From Callorhinchus milii (taxonomy: Eukaryota), in contig NW_024704743.1 of the NCBI RefSeq assembly GCF_018977255.1, forward strand, positions 106,084,001-106,148,000: a stretch of DNA of 64,000 nucleotides, in the 5' to 3' direction. This document shows positions 1 to 12,059 of this stretch, one piece after another. Each line of letters starts with the position of its first letter. The first letter of the stretch is position 1. The position numbers and the translations under genes were made by a program. The notes beneath the pieces were generated by a model that was not told the DNA's origin, made no database searches, and saw nothing but the letters and a program-made list of their open reading frames with translations.

Positions 1-53
1 CTGATCTGCTGCTTGTGTATCTCAACTTATATCTTTCTGATGGTATGGTTTAG

Positions 54-186
54 ATCGATTTGGAGAATCTTTACTCAGGTAAAAAGTACCACTTTGATGT
101 TAATAGTTGGATGGATCAAAAAGAGGAAGATGGGGAGATCTGCAGAGAATTTTCTGTGATAGAGAATGGTGAACCAATCCTTCCAG
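54..186 (+). CDS. rp1: Exon 1 in window: C-terminal part of a PLAT repeat (IDLENLYSGKKYHFDVNSWMDQKEEDGEICREFSVIENGEPILP)
   Basis: tttag|ATC...CCAG|gtaag; phase 0 to 1; WxDxxEEDGEICRE motif. Confidence 0.9.
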
Positions 187-962
187 GTAAGAGTTTTGAG
201 CAGAAGCAATCCCTTTTTAAGAGCGACTACAATAGAGCCCTGTTATAAGCCACTGATTGGGTGATCCATAACTTTCCGACCAGCTTTCTATCAGAACGCA
301 ATTGCCAGTCAGCCCTTCATATTGTGCCGTCACTGATCACATAAAATCACAGCTTCCCTTGCCAAAAAATATCCAACTTCTGAGGTATCACATTGCTTCT
401 GATGTCACTTCCTATACAGTGAGCTGTGCAGAGTTAGCGGTGAACTGATGACCCATAAAACCACTTTAAGGGCTTGTGAACATATTATTACAAAGACTGT
501 TACAGCACAGAAACAGGGCTTTTGGCCCAAATAGTCCAAACCTCCACGCCTCCTAATCCTTTCCATTGCCTTCTCCTTCACATATGCACCCATATGTTTT
601 CAATCTTTTAAATAATTAATCTGGTAATGAAAATTAGATGTGTTGTCAAATAAAAATCTGTGAGATTAAATACAAAAATATCTCAAGACAAGAACTCAGT
701 CAGCACACAGATAGGTGGCCACGGGTCCAGAGGAGACCAGTGTTATAATAACAACCAATTGCATTTATATAATGACTTTCACATTGGGAGGATGTCCTGA
801 GGCACTGGGGTAAACCATGGTGTAATGAATTGTGTTATCGCACAACTCCATTTTAATTCTCACTATTACTAGCACCTAGGATTCAGGATTTAAAGGGTTT
901 TCTCTGCTGAATATTCAGAGTAAACCCAGTACCTCACCATCCAAAAATCTGATCAATAAAAG

Positions 963-1225
963 TGATAATAATCCTTGCATATGATATAGCTCCTTTCATT
1001 TTGGGAGGACATTTCAAAGTGATTCACAGGATATTCTGCAAAGTGTTCTGATCTTATTGCAGGGGAATTCAGCAGCTAATTTGTGAAATGTAATGTCTCA
1101 CAAACAACTATGAAGTAAATAACCCATTTTGTTTGTGGGATTGATGGCCAGGACACCAGGAGAAACTCCGTTCTCTTTTCGAATAATGCCATGGCTTCTT
1201 TAACAGTAAATTCCCTGATAAGCAG
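963..1225 (-). mobile_element. DeuSINE/SacSINE1-like SINE, 3' part
   Basis: Reverse complement of the (ATT)n tail and body seen in the copy at 48742-49258. Confidence 0.65.
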
Positions 1226-1289
1226 AGAAATCATGCACGTAAAAAGAATAGTAGAGCAGAGAGCATCAATCCAACCTTTTATCTTTCAG

Positions 1290-1441
1290 TAATCAATTAT
1301 GATGTTCTTGTTTCGACTGGAGATACCTGGAATGGTGGTACAAATGCCAATGTCTTCATTGTCATCTATGGCAAAAGAGGTGACACAGGCTCAAGGCAGC
1401 TTATAAAATCAAACCATGCAAAGATGTTTCAAAAGGGGCAG
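1290..1441 (+). CDS. rp1: Exon 2: PLAT A start (VINYDVLVSTGDTWNGGTNANVFIVIYGKRGDTGSRQLIKSNHAKMFQKGQ)
   Basis: tttcag|TA...CAG|gttggt; phase 1 to 0; not in the ORF track. Confidence 0.93.
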
Positions 1442-2395
1442 GTTGGTATCTGATTTTTCTAACTGTACACAATATTTTTAGAGATATCAGCACAGATGAA
1501 AGGTCCTTGGTTATAGTATTGTGAGTTTTAGATTGAAATGTTGATGCCGTACTCCATACACCTTCACCCCAACCTCCCCCTCCCCCTCCCCCCGAGTTTA
1601 GGTAAACAGGATGCAACCCCTCCAGGAAGAGAGTGCACATTCTATTCCAGACACAGAAATTCCATGTTTATGTTGCACACATGGAACTCTATCTGGGTTT
1701 GGACACCTTTGGATATTAAAGATGGTAATAGGTTTCCGCATGTGACACTCAGCTGATCGAAAAACAGCAACACCTTTTGGAAGAAGATCAAAAGAGAGGT
1801 TTGGATCTTTTCCATCCGGAATGGTAACCTGACCATCCCAGCTTCTACCAATGTTCCTGACCCCACTATCAATTACTCTCCATTTTAATAAGGGGATCAT
1901 TTGGCTCATAGCAGGGCAGAGATACCTAAGACTACACAATGGATGCAGTAAATTACAGAGGTAAACCAATACCAGAGACCTGATGAAGCATTATGGGCTT
2001 GTCTCATCATAGAATGTATTCCAGTAAAGCACTCTTCACGGTCACAATCTCATTACTGTATCTTCTAAGAGATGGTGCCTTAAGAAGAACGTGCCTATTG
2101 GTGCTGGTGGTAGTTATTCACAAAGTAGCTATTCTCTTTAAATTTTGAGCACAAATGTTTTGTGCTGTCTTCTACAATATTGTTCTTACCATTGAAGGAT
2201 GTATTGGGAACTCCTGCAGTGCAGTTCATGGTCTGTTTTTTATGTTTTCTATGTCTCAGAATGGCAGCAACATGTATTGTTTTTAGCAGCCATAGCAAAT
2301 CAGCACAAGTCACAGGACACTAAATCACAGCAATCTCTGAGCATTGCAGAAAGCAACGCTGGAAACCAAAAGCAAAATAAACATTAGCACCAAAT

Positions 2396-2805
2396 GTGGA
2401 GTCCTGTAGCTCAGAGGTTAGAACACTCGCCTCGCAAGCGAGAGATCTGGGTTCGATTCCCGGGCAGGGCAAAACGTTGGGCAAGTTTCCTCACTCCACA
2501 CACCTGTTTACCTAGCAATAAGTAGGAAGATGTTTGTTAGTCAATTGACCGATTGCTTTTTCAGGGGTAATAATTCCTTCAAAAAACATAATAATAATAA
2601 TTTGATCACTCAATCCATGACTATTTGTGGGATACTGCTGTGCACAATTGGCTGCCGCATTTCACCCACAAAAGTTACAGTAACTTTATATGCTACTGTA
2701 AAGTCAATTAAATTTTCAGTGTATTTGGTGAACCACTTTGAGACATCTTGAAGACGTGATAAGGCACTATATCAAAGCAAGGAACATAGGATTATTATTA
2801 TTATA
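2396..2805 (+). mobile_element. Full-length tRNA-Ala-derived SINE with L2-type tail
   Basis: A box TAGCTCAGAGG, B box GGTTCGATTCC, anticodon arm CTCGC-ctCGCaa-GCGAG, tail ending (ATT)n; many copies in the window. Confidence 0.88.
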
Positions 2806-3202
2806 ATAAATGCAGACATGTAGCATTAAGATTTAGTGATGGGTTTCTGCAAATGTCAGATACCCAGCTGACCAAACAACAATCACCATTTGTGAGGAGG
2901 GTCAAATCTCCGCGAAGGAATCGCAACCTATGGTTTGATCATAATGGGGCAAATCCTACTAGGAGCTGATACTGTAACAATACCCCTGCACATAACATGG
3001 ACAGGAATTTCAGCCCATCTATTGTTATGTTTTAAGAACTTTTTCCTGATACTCGAAGAGACGATAAATTGTTGATTCAGTGAATTCAGAAGCATAATGC
3101 TGTATGCATATCTTATTTTTAACAGAGTGTCAGTTGAATGCTTACGAGTGTTTTATTTTGCTTATAAGCATGAATAACACATTCGTGCTTAATTCTTTAC
3201 AG

Positions 3203-3281
3203 ACTGATACCTTCTCATTAGAAGCTGTGGACCTGGGGAATCTAAAGAAGCTTGTAATTGGCCATGATGGTCTTGGGGCAG
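3203..3281 (+). CDS. rp1: Exon 3: PLAT A (TDTFSLEAVDLGNLKKLVIGHDGLGA)
   Basis: tttacag|ACT...GCAG|gtcag; phase 0 to 1. Confidence 0.93.
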
Positions 3282-3516
3282 GTCAGAAACTTTATATGCT
3301 GTTAACCTTCTTCATGCTTGGATGCTTCTGATAATTCTACAGTATCAGGTATAGCCAAACAGTCCCCCTCATATAGTGGTTAGTTAAGTCACCCTTTATT
3401 ATTTAGCGTTCCTTGAATATTGAAGATGTTCTTCATATTATTGTTAATTCACAAGTTTGCCACTAATATAAAATTCAGTGTCAACATTCACTACACAGTT
3501 TTCTCTTATGTTGCAG

Positions 3517-3592
3517 GGAATGGATGGTTTTTGGAGAAGATTATAATGAAAGACACAACTCGACACAACAAATACAATTTTCCATGTCACAG
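3517..3592 (+). CDS. rp1: Exon 4: PLAT A (GNGWFLEKIIMKDTTRHNKYNFPCHR)
   Basis: ttgcag|GG...CACAG|gttaac; phase 1 to 2. Confidence 0.93.
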
Positions 3593-3619
3593 GTTAACAC
3601 GTATATATTTCTCTCCATA

Positions 3620-3797
3620 TAGAATAAACTCCTGATAACTCTGCACTCCCAGGGAAAGGGCTCAGTAACGAGTTATCAGGAGTGGTGAATTCGTCATGTG
3701 TATAAATACATAAATAAACACGGCCTGGACATTGACAGCATGAACATTTAATTGGTAGTGATAAATTAAGAGGATCACGTTATCAGGAGTTTACTGC
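3620..3797. mobile_element. MITE, Tc1-mariner/Tigger-like
   Basis: TAAACTCCTGATAAC (3625-3639) and its reverse complement (3779-3793), an internal inverted copy near 3671, right end ...TTTACTG. Confidence 0.6.
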
Positions 3798-4469
3798 ATT
3801 TAGTTCTAGTTATTAATTGATACCAATTGAGTCTGTGCTCAATGATACTTATTTGAGAAAGCCCTTTTATAATGTGTTTTATTATAGTGAGATTCAATTA
3901 TAATGCAGTTACAGTGTGAACACCTGCAAATGCGCACAACCGGCCAGTTAGATTCCTGTGTGCCACCTGATGAATGGTTAACTTCCAGTTCATCAGATAG
4001 ACACTGACTTCACTTCATATTTTAAACAGCATACAGGAAGTAACATTTGCCTGACACCTGTTAATCTTGCAATTCCAATGTTATTAACTCCAGGAGTGAG
4101 TTACATCAGAACAGATCTCCCACAGTCGGTATGATGTGCTTTTGGGTTTCTAAAAGGATCCCCACTTGTGTCTTTTCTTGTCAAGGAATCCTACTAAGAA
4201 ATATCATAAATTAGATTGCAATGTTATACGATTAAATCAGCTTCTTTTGGATATTAATAACTGACACTTGTTTCATCCCTGCCGGTTCCACTCCACCATC
4301 ATCGGGCAAGCCTTCAGCAACTGTGTCCCTAATCTCCAGAGGTCTCGCTCATGCCTCTGCCCTGGAATTCTTTCCAGATCTCTTTGTTTTGCCATCTCCT
4401 TCAAAATCTTAAACATGTCTCTTCAACCTTCGTCACAGCATTGAAGTTTCTTTTAAATGAATCCAGTGA

Positions 4470-4712
4470 CCTGGCCTCAACCACCCTTACTGTTAGCCTG
4501 TCCTAATCATTTCTTTACCCTCGAGGTAAAACAAATCCTCCTTGTGTCTGTGCTGAAATTGCCCTTTGCAACTCTAAATCTATGTCTTCTTATCCTACTG
4601 TCTTGGTGCATCCTAAAGTACTCTTCTGGGTTCACTTTATCAATCCCATTTAAAATGCTACACACCTCGATAAGGTCATCTCTGAGACATCTTCTCCCTG
4701 AACAGCCCTAAC
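4470..4712 (-). mobile_element. Degraded CR1 LINE 3' fragment
   Basis: Reverse complement resembles the CR1 ORF2 end at 13625-13993. Confidence 0.6.
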
Positions 4713-4827
4713 TTGGTTGATTGCTGCTCATAAATCATTAAACTTAATTAGCTACTCTCGATCCAGTCCAGTGAATTATTTTAACATGAAGCAAATCTGT
4801 GTATTTTGCATACTTTCGTTTTTACAG

Positions 4828-4904
4828 ATGGCTGGATCAGGGAGAGGATGATGGCAAAATTGCACGAGAGTTGTATGCTGTGGAGATTTTCAGCCAATTG
4901 GCAA
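4828..4904 (+). CDS. rp1: Exon 5: PLAT A end (WLDQGEDDGKIARELYAVEIFSQLA)
   Basis: tttacag|A TGG...GCAA|gtaagt; phase 2 to 1. Confidence 0.93.
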
Positions 4905-4949
4905 GTAAGTGTTCAATTTAGTCAGCATGCTTGTGTTTGAAATAAGAAA

Positions 4950-5615
4950 CTACAACAACAATAACAAAATTACATTTGTATAGTGCCTTTCATATCAGGA
5001 GGATGTCCCAAGGCAAGGGACAATTAATGTTTTGCATCCGAGCTGGTGGTCAGGATCGGGGAGTGTGGAGGGTGGGAAGGAGGGTGATCAACCGAAGGCA
5101 CGGTCAAAAAGGAGGGTTTTGAAATGGGTCTTGAAAGAGGCAAGGGAGAGGGCAAGGAGGACGGAGCAGAGTGGTCAATGGTCTGCCCGCCAATGGTGGG
5201 GCGGGAGAGGCGGGGGATGTGAAGCGGGCCAGAGCCCACTGAGCAGAAGGAGCGGGCAGGTTGGTAGGGTGTTAGGAGGTTGCCGAGATAGGGAGCAGCA
5301 AGGCCATGGAGGACTTTGAAAGTGAGGACCAGGATCTTGAACTGTATCCTCTGTAGAGTTGGGTGAGGATGGGGGTGATAGGGTCACGGAGCCTGGTGCG
5401 GTAGAGGACACAGGCTGCAGAGTTCTCGATGGTCTGCAGTCTATGGAGGGAGGAGTCGGGGAGGCCAACAAGCAGGGAGTTTGCGTAGTTGAGCCTGGAT
5501 GTTATGAATATGTGTATTAGGGTCTCGGTGGCTTGCGAGACAGTGACAGAGCCAGGCAATGTTGCAGAAGTGGGGTAAGGCAGAACAGTTCATGGCTTGA
5601 TTGTGGGGTAGAAAG
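4950..5615 (-). mobile_element. L2 LINE 3' fragment
   Basis: Minus ORF ETLIHIFITSRLNYANSLLVGLP...; (CAA)n tail at the left end. Confidence 0.88.
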
Positions 5616-5711
5616 AACAGTTATGATTATGGTAGAAATACTTTGTTATTATGAACAGAACCTGATGCATTTTGGCAAATGCAAATGTCACTCTTTTCTC
5701 AATCTTTCCAG

Positions 5712-5743
5712 GGCAAGAGCAGGAAGCCCAAAAAAAGGAAATT
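5712..5743 (+). CDS. rp1: Exon 6: 32-nt micro-exon (RQEQEAQKKEI)
   Basis: ctttccag|GG...ATT|gtaag; phase 1 to 0; needed to join exons 5 and 7 in frame. Confidence 0.85.
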
Positions 5744-6083
5744 GTAAGAAAGTCTTTTTTCCTTTTCTTGAATTACTTTGACGTGAGAACGTGCTAAAAG
5801 CCTATTAGAATTTGTGAAAGCACCAAACATTTTTTTATCCAGTCAGCACAGAAAAAGGCCATTTGGCCCATCATGCCCATGCCGGCTCTGTGAAAGAGCT
5901 ATGAAAATTAATCCCACTCCCCCGCACTCTCCACATAACCTTACAAATTTGTCAAAGCTTGATGACCTCAGATTGTGTATTGGGGGTACTGCTGGATTAA
6001 ACAGCATTAAACAGTTAAAACGTAAATTGTAAAGCTTCTTGACTCCCTGATAAAAAAAATGATCATTTTGTTTCTCCAATCAG

Positions 6084-6213
6084 TGGAATAGTCAGAGATG
6101 GAAGTTCAAGGCGGGGAACATTTTGCAGTTCTACTGCAAAGGAACAGGAAAGTTTATACGTCTCATGCCAGATGGCACTGTGGATGCCACTGCATCAAAG
6201 AATGACCCCAATG
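6084..6213 (+). CDS. rp1: Exon 7: beta-trefoil repeat 1 (WNSQRWKFKAGNILQFYCKGTGKFIRLMPDGTVDATASKNDPN)
   Basis: ccaatcag|TGG...AATG|gtatgg; phase 0 to 1. Confidence 0.9.
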
Positions 6214-6469
6214 GTATGGAAAATAGCAAAGAATTGTTGATATATAATAATAAAATTATCCTTATATTTAAGTACCTTTAAGTATCTTTAATATAGTGCT
6301 TTCACAGCAAGAGGATATTTCATAGGATATACCATACGTTGACTGTATTTTGTCTTGTAGTCCTATAGCGTATTGGTTAGAGTATTTGCCTAGCAAACTA
6401 GAGTATCTGGGTTCGATTCCCGAGCAGGGCGAAATGGTAGGTAGATTTCCTTACTTTTCTACTCTTCTA

Positions 6470-8539
6470 CGGCCTTCTACTCCAACATCATCTTGGAGTC
6501 TAAAAACAATCCTAACATCCTTTTTTCCACCACCCACTACCTCTTCCATACCCCCACTCAGGCCTCCTCAATCTTCATATCCAATGCCAAGTGCGAGGAG
6601 GTCATGGACTTCCTTTCATCTAAAATTCGCAACATCCGCCAGGCAGCCTCATCCACCTGCCTCTTGTCACCCACCACCATGCCCTCTCCGTCCCCCTCAC
6701 CCTCCCCATCATCAGCTCCTACTACGACCCCCATCCTACATTCCTTCCTCCCCATCACTCCCACTTCCCTCTCACCCACCATCACCTCTTTGAAACCCAC
6801 CACCTGCTGCCTCGACCCCCTCCCCACCAATTTGCTGGTCACTCAGCTTCCCCTCCTCTGCCCACTACTGGCTGATGTCATCAACCAGTCCCTCTCCTCT
6901 GGATCAGTCCCTACCTCCCTTAAAACTGCTGTCATCACCGCCCTCCTCAAGAAATCTTCCCTAGATCCCTCAAAATCCAGCCACTACCACCCTATCTCTA
7001 ACTTGCCCTTCCTCGCAAAGGTCCTAGAACACGTTGTTGCAAATCAACTCCGGGCACACCTCTCCTCCCATTCCCTCTTCGAACCCCTCCTTTCTGGTTT
7101 CCGCCCCGCCAACAGTATAGAGACTACGCTTGTGAAAGTCACAAATGACATCCTCTCTATCTGTGACCAGGGCTCCCTCTGTCTCCTTGTCCTCCTGGAC
7201 TTCTCCGCCACTTTCGACACAGTCGATCACGCCATCCACAAATATTTCGCCCACAAATATACGGTCAATTCACTTTACAGTCTATTCTGTGAAGCTCTTT
7301 GAGACGACCAGAAGACGTGAAAAAACGCTATATCAAATGCAAGAATTATTATTATCTATTATTATCCTCCTCCACCGCCTTTCCTCCATCATCCACCTCA
7401 ATGGGACTGCACTCGCCTGGTTCGAGTCCTACCTCACAAACTGCCAGCAGTACATCTGCACAAACGGCTTCTCCTCCTCCTCTCACCCGGTCACCTGCGG
7501 GGTACAACAAGGATCCATTCTTGACCCCCTCCTCTTTCTGATCTATATGCTCCCTCTTGGGGATGTCATCCGCAGACATGGGGTATACTTCCACATGTAC
7601 GCGGATGACACCCAACTCTATTTTTCCACCTCTCTTTGTGACCCCCAGTCCCCTGATGTTCTGTCAGCCTACCTGTCAGACCTCAGGGGCTGGATGAGCA
7701 CAAATTTCCTTCAGCTGAACATTGACAAGACGGAAGCCATACTCTTTGGCTCTCGTCAACGTCTAAAATCTCATGGTTCTCACCTCCTCCACTACCTGAC
7801 CTGCTCCTAAAACTCTCTGAAACCGTACGCAACCTAGGCATCAGGTTCGACCCCCAATTATCTTTCCTCCCCCACATCCGGTCCCTCACCAGCACCACCT
7901 TCTTCCACCTCCAACGCATCGCCCATCTCCGCCAATACCTCACTCCAAAAGCCGCTGAAACCCTGGTCCATGCTTTTGTCACCTCTTGGATGAACTATTC
8001 AAATGCCCTCCTCACTGATCTCCCCTCCGCTACCATCCATAAAATCCAGATTATACAAAATTCTGCCACCCGCGTTCTCACCCGCACCAAACTCCGCTCC
8101 CCGATTACCCCAGTCCTTGCCGAACTGCACTGGCTGCCTGTCCCAGAGAGGATCGACTTCAAGATTCTCACCCTTGTGTTCAAGTCCACTTCTCTGCACC
8201 CCACTACCTCTCTGACCTCCTCTCTCCTCAAAACAGTGCCTGTTGCCTTTGTTCCACCGGGTCTGGCCTCCTCCTCGTCCCCCGAGTCCTCCACTCCATT
8301 CTCGGCGGCTGTGCCTTCAGCCACAAGGCCCCGAGGCTCTGGAACTGCCTTACTCACTCCCTCCGCCTCACCCCCTCTCTTCCTATTTCAGGTCTCGGCT
8401 GAAAACCTTTCTTTTGGACCACGCCTTTGGTCACCTTCCTCCCCTTCCCCCTGGCTTGGCCGCAGGATCCGTTACTGTGAAGCGCTCTGAGACACCGTCC
8501 GGCGTAGAGGGCGCTATATAAATCCAAGTTGTTGTTGTT
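6470..8539 (+). mobile_element. 5'-truncated L2 LINE with reverse-transcriptase remnant
   Basis: ORFs 6493-7302 and 7145-7810: PISNLPFLAKVLE, LLDFSATFDTVDH, GVQQGSILDP, YADD at 7598-7609; (GTT)n tail; frameshifts and stops. Confidence 0.95.
7238..7365 (+). mobile_element. SINE 3' fragment inserted in the L2 RT domain
   Basis: SINE tail interrupts the DH-AI-LLHRL segment; ATCC present at both junctions. Confidence 0.85.
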
Positions 8540-9081
8540 ACTTGAAATGCCTCTGTTTACCTAATAGTAAGTAGGAACCCAGTTGTAAGTCGATTGGTGG
8601 ATTGCTTTTCCTGGGATAATAATCACTTCAATTTTTTTTAAATATAATAATTTGGTCACTCAATCCACGACTGTTTGTGAGACACTGCTGTTCACCATTG
8701 GCTGCCATGTTTCTCTCACAAAATATTTGTGTGCTGGGAATTCATCTTAAATATCATGCCTTTTCTGACTTTAAATTCACAATAAATTTATTTCACACAA
8801 AATATATACCGTCAATTCACTTTACAGTATATTCTGTGAAGCGGTTTGAGACATCTCGAAGATGTGATAAGGCGCTATCTCAAATGCAAGGATTATTATT
8901 ATTATTAATGGAGCTAAATCCTTATTAATTCCATTGAGTATCTCTTCTCTTCTGACAGATGGCTTAATATTTAAAGCCAGAAAAATGATAGCGATAGCTC
9001 ATAGTTACTTGCTAATGTAGATAATTTAATTTAGAATGTTTCATTAGTTCTCTATGGTAAGATTAATCACATCTACATAGA

Positions 9082-9262
9082 GTGTCATCTTGGCTTTGTT
9101 GATAGCACCTCATCTCAGTTAATAGGTTGTAGGTCCAAGCCCCACATTGGAACTTTGAACTCACTGTCTAGGCTTACACTCCAATCCAGTGCTCAGGGAG
9201 TGCTGTACTGCTGTATGTGCCATCCTTTAGATGAGATGCTAAACTGAGGACCCGTCTGCCTA
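9082..9262 (+). mobile_element. DeuSINE/SacSINE1-like SINE, 5' half
   Basis: tRNA-like head then GGGAGTGCTG...GATGAGATGCTAAACTGAGGACCCGTCTGCC core; family name from memory. Confidence 0.7.
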
Positions 9263-9299
9263 AATGATCTTTTCTCTAACATCTATCTGAACAGTCGAG

Positions 9300-9970
9300 A
9301 CTGAACCTCAGTTTAACATGTCATCAGAAGAATGGCACCAAACAACACAATGCTCTGCCAGCTCTGTACTGGAGTGTCGGCCCACACTATGGGCTCGCAC
9401 TCCAGTACAGTTATGATAAACGTTTATAAAACACTGGTTAGGCCTCAGCTAGAGTACTGTGTTCAGTTCTGGGCACCACACTTTAGGAAGGATGTCAAGG
9501 CATTGGAGAGGGTGCAAGGGAGATTTACCAGGATGGTACCAAGAATGAGGGACATTTTCAAAATTATGAGGGGATTCGATAGGGTGAACAAGGAGAAATT
9601 ATTTCCACTGGCCCGTGGGTCGGTAACCCGAAGACACCAATTTAAAATAGTTGTTAAAAGAAACAGAGGGAAGTTGAGAAATTTTTTCACACAGCGAGTT
9701 GTTCAGATCTGGAATGCATTGTCTGAAAGGATGGTGGAAGCTGATTCGATAACAACTTTTAAGAAAGAAGTAGGTATTTATTTGGGGAGGACAAGTTTCC
9801 AGGGCTATGGGAAGAGAGCGGAGGAGTGGGATTGAATTGGATAGCTCTTTTCAGAGACACAATGGGCGAATGGCCTCCTTCTGTGCTGTATAATTCTATG
9901 ATTCTATGATGAGCTCAAAGGCCCTTCTGACTCAGAGACAAGAGTGATACCAATTGAGTCAGGCTGATAC
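9300..9970 (-). mobile_element. DeuSINE-like SINE split by a CR1 insertion
   Basis: 9300-9396 and 9911-9970 are colinear reverse-complement parts of the same SINE. Confidence 0.65.
9410..9910 (+). mobile_element. CR1 LINE 3' fragment
   Basis: YKTLVRPQLEYCVQFWAPHFRKD...FFTQRVVQIWNAL; tail (ATTCTATG)n. Confidence 0.93.
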
Positions 9971-11164
9971 ATTGGCAGCCCTCTCTGGGAATAAAAGATG
10001 GCTGGAATTCCCAGCAGACATCATTGCATTAACAATTAAAGCATCAATACACTTTGATTCAATATTTCAGAGCCCATTTATAAAATATTCCGTAGCATTT
10101 CTAAAGGTAATGTTACGCAACATTTCCACTTTCATAAAGAAAATTCAGGTCCAGTGATCTTTTTAAAAATGCATCCAGGTATCCTTACTTCAGAAGCACT
10201 GCATTAATAAATTTCAGTTCTGTATTGTGACAACATGTAAGGATTATTATTATATTCCTCCCAGAAAAGAAATCCAGAACTAGTTGGGAGGATATCGTAT
10301 TACTGTTTCATCTCATTCAAATGTTGTATTGCTATTTTAAAATACAAATTTCAAAATTAACCCACAGACATTTTTATTATATTAGAAGTAGCACTACCAA
10401 GTTCCATTAAACAATAATAAATTGAAGAATCCTTGCATTGATTTAGCCTCATTATCTTGAGCTTTCTCAAACCCTAATTGCTGTCAAGTGTAATGACTGC
10501 ATTTGAGGGCAAATGTTCCAGCCAATGTGCTTGCAAGTTACCTCTGGCTTCAGTTGCAGATTAATGGGAATACTCATTACAGGTAACAATGTAATATTCA
10601 GAGGTACCTCTCATCTCCAGCTGTGGGGGAGTAGTCAATGTCACAGCAAACGTCCCTTCTATATCTGCTTTAGAATGTCTTATGATAAAACATAAGGTTG
10701 AATTGAAGGTTAAAGATTGTTTCTTAGCCAACATTAAAGAGGAAATGTTGATCCTTGGATGTGAAAAAAGTTCATATTGTAGTGTTAACCTTGTCAGTGT
10801 GCAGGAATTGAGTTGAATTGAATTGTGTGCAGGAAATCACCTTGAGAATAGAATATCATGATTCGTTCATGGGCTCCAATAGACATTCAAATTTTCTTGC
10901 AAGGTTGTAATGAAGCAAGTGGCTTGCAAGATGGAACAATACTAAATACATTATTATTATAGTTAATAGATATTATTACATTGAATCGTTTGTAATGCAT
11001 GAATAATAATAAAACTGTTGTTTCCTCTGTTGTACAAATGGTAATGTTAAAAAGGATTCCCACAGTGCTTAGAATTGTGGCTGATTGTTCACCTCAAAGA
11101 ACTGCAATCTAATCACTGTTATAAATGAAGGACAGACCAAACCACTGCTGAGATTCCTGTATTT

Positions 11165-11800
11165 ATAATAATAATATAATAATAGTTATAATAATAATAA
11201 AAATCCTTTCATTTGATATAGCGCCTTATCACATCTTCGGGACGTCTCAAAGGGCTTCACAGAATACACTGTAAAGTGAATTGATTGTATATTTTGTGGG
11301 CGAAACGCGGCAGCCAATTGCATACTGTAGTGTCTCACAAACAGTTATGGATTGAGTGACCAATTTTTTTTATTATTATATATTTTTTGAAGATTATTAC
11401 CCCCAGGAAAAGCGATCCGCCAATCGACTAACAACCATGTTCCTATTTACCGCTAGGTAAACAGAGTAAGGAAACTTGCCTAAGGTTTCCTGTCATTGAA
11501 ATGTCTCAAAGCGCTTTACAGGCTTTTCTGTGAAGTGCAGTGACTGTGTATTTGTTGGTGAATGCTGTAGTCAATTTGCACACAGCAATGTCCCATGAAT
11601 AGCCTTGAAGTGAATGACCAATTTTCCTGGGGGAATTGTTGGCCAGGACAGTGGGAGAAACTCCCTTCTCTTTTCGAGAAATGCCATGAAATCTTTAACG
11701 TCCATCTGGACATTGGTTTATCGTCTCATCCAAAGGCCGGCACCTTCAACACTGCAGTGCTCTGGCAACATTGCATTAGAGTGACAGCATAGATGATGTG
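11165..11800 (-). mobile_element. Adjacent SINEs: tRNA-Ala family 3' part (11165-11485) and DeuSINE-like (11495-11800)
   Basis: Reverse-complement similarity to 2396-2805 and 48742-49258. Confidence 0.75.
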
Positions 11801-11914
11801 AATTCAAAGTCATGAGCTGTCTCCATAGCCCATAGACCAGGAAGCCAATCCAAGTTGATTGTTATAGTCTAGCAAACTTAAAGTCATATCGGTTTTGTTT
11901 TCATTTTCTTTCAG

Positions 11915-12018
11915 CTCTGTTTGAAATTTCTGGCAAAAAGGGAGACACTCAAACGTTCACGAGTGTAATTCATCGGAATCTGGCTCTTGCTGTAGATCGT
12001 AATCGAGCCGTTGCTTTG
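11915..12018 (+). CDS. rp1: Exon 8: beta-trefoil repeat 2 (ALFEISGKKGDTQTFTSVIHRNLALAVDRNRAVAL)
   Basis: long pyrimidine tract, tttcag|CT...TTG|gtaag; phase 1 to 0. Confidence 0.88.
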
Positions 12019-12059
12019 GTAAGAAAAATAAGTGCACATTTATCCAAATTAGGTAGTTG

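Larger units (their letters stand above)
6356..8908 (+). mobile_element. tRNA-Ala SINE split in two (head 6356-6470, remainder 8548-8908) by an L2 insertion
   Basis: Head with GGTTCGATTCC ends at ...CCTTACTTTTCTACTC; body resumes CTCTGTTTACCTA after the L2 tail, colinear with intact copies. Confidence 0.8.

Noticed and set aside
1979..2012. Hammerhead ribozyme at CTGATGA
   Set aside because: No GAAA after the short stem
2400..2472. Genuine tRNA-Ala gene
   Set aside because: No oligo-T terminator; runs into a SINE body and tail; several diverged copies in the window
6493..7810. Longest ORFs (269 and 221 aa) as a host gene or active RT
   Set aside because: L2 ORF2 remnant lacking the endonuclease, interrupted by a SINE, with stops and frameshifts
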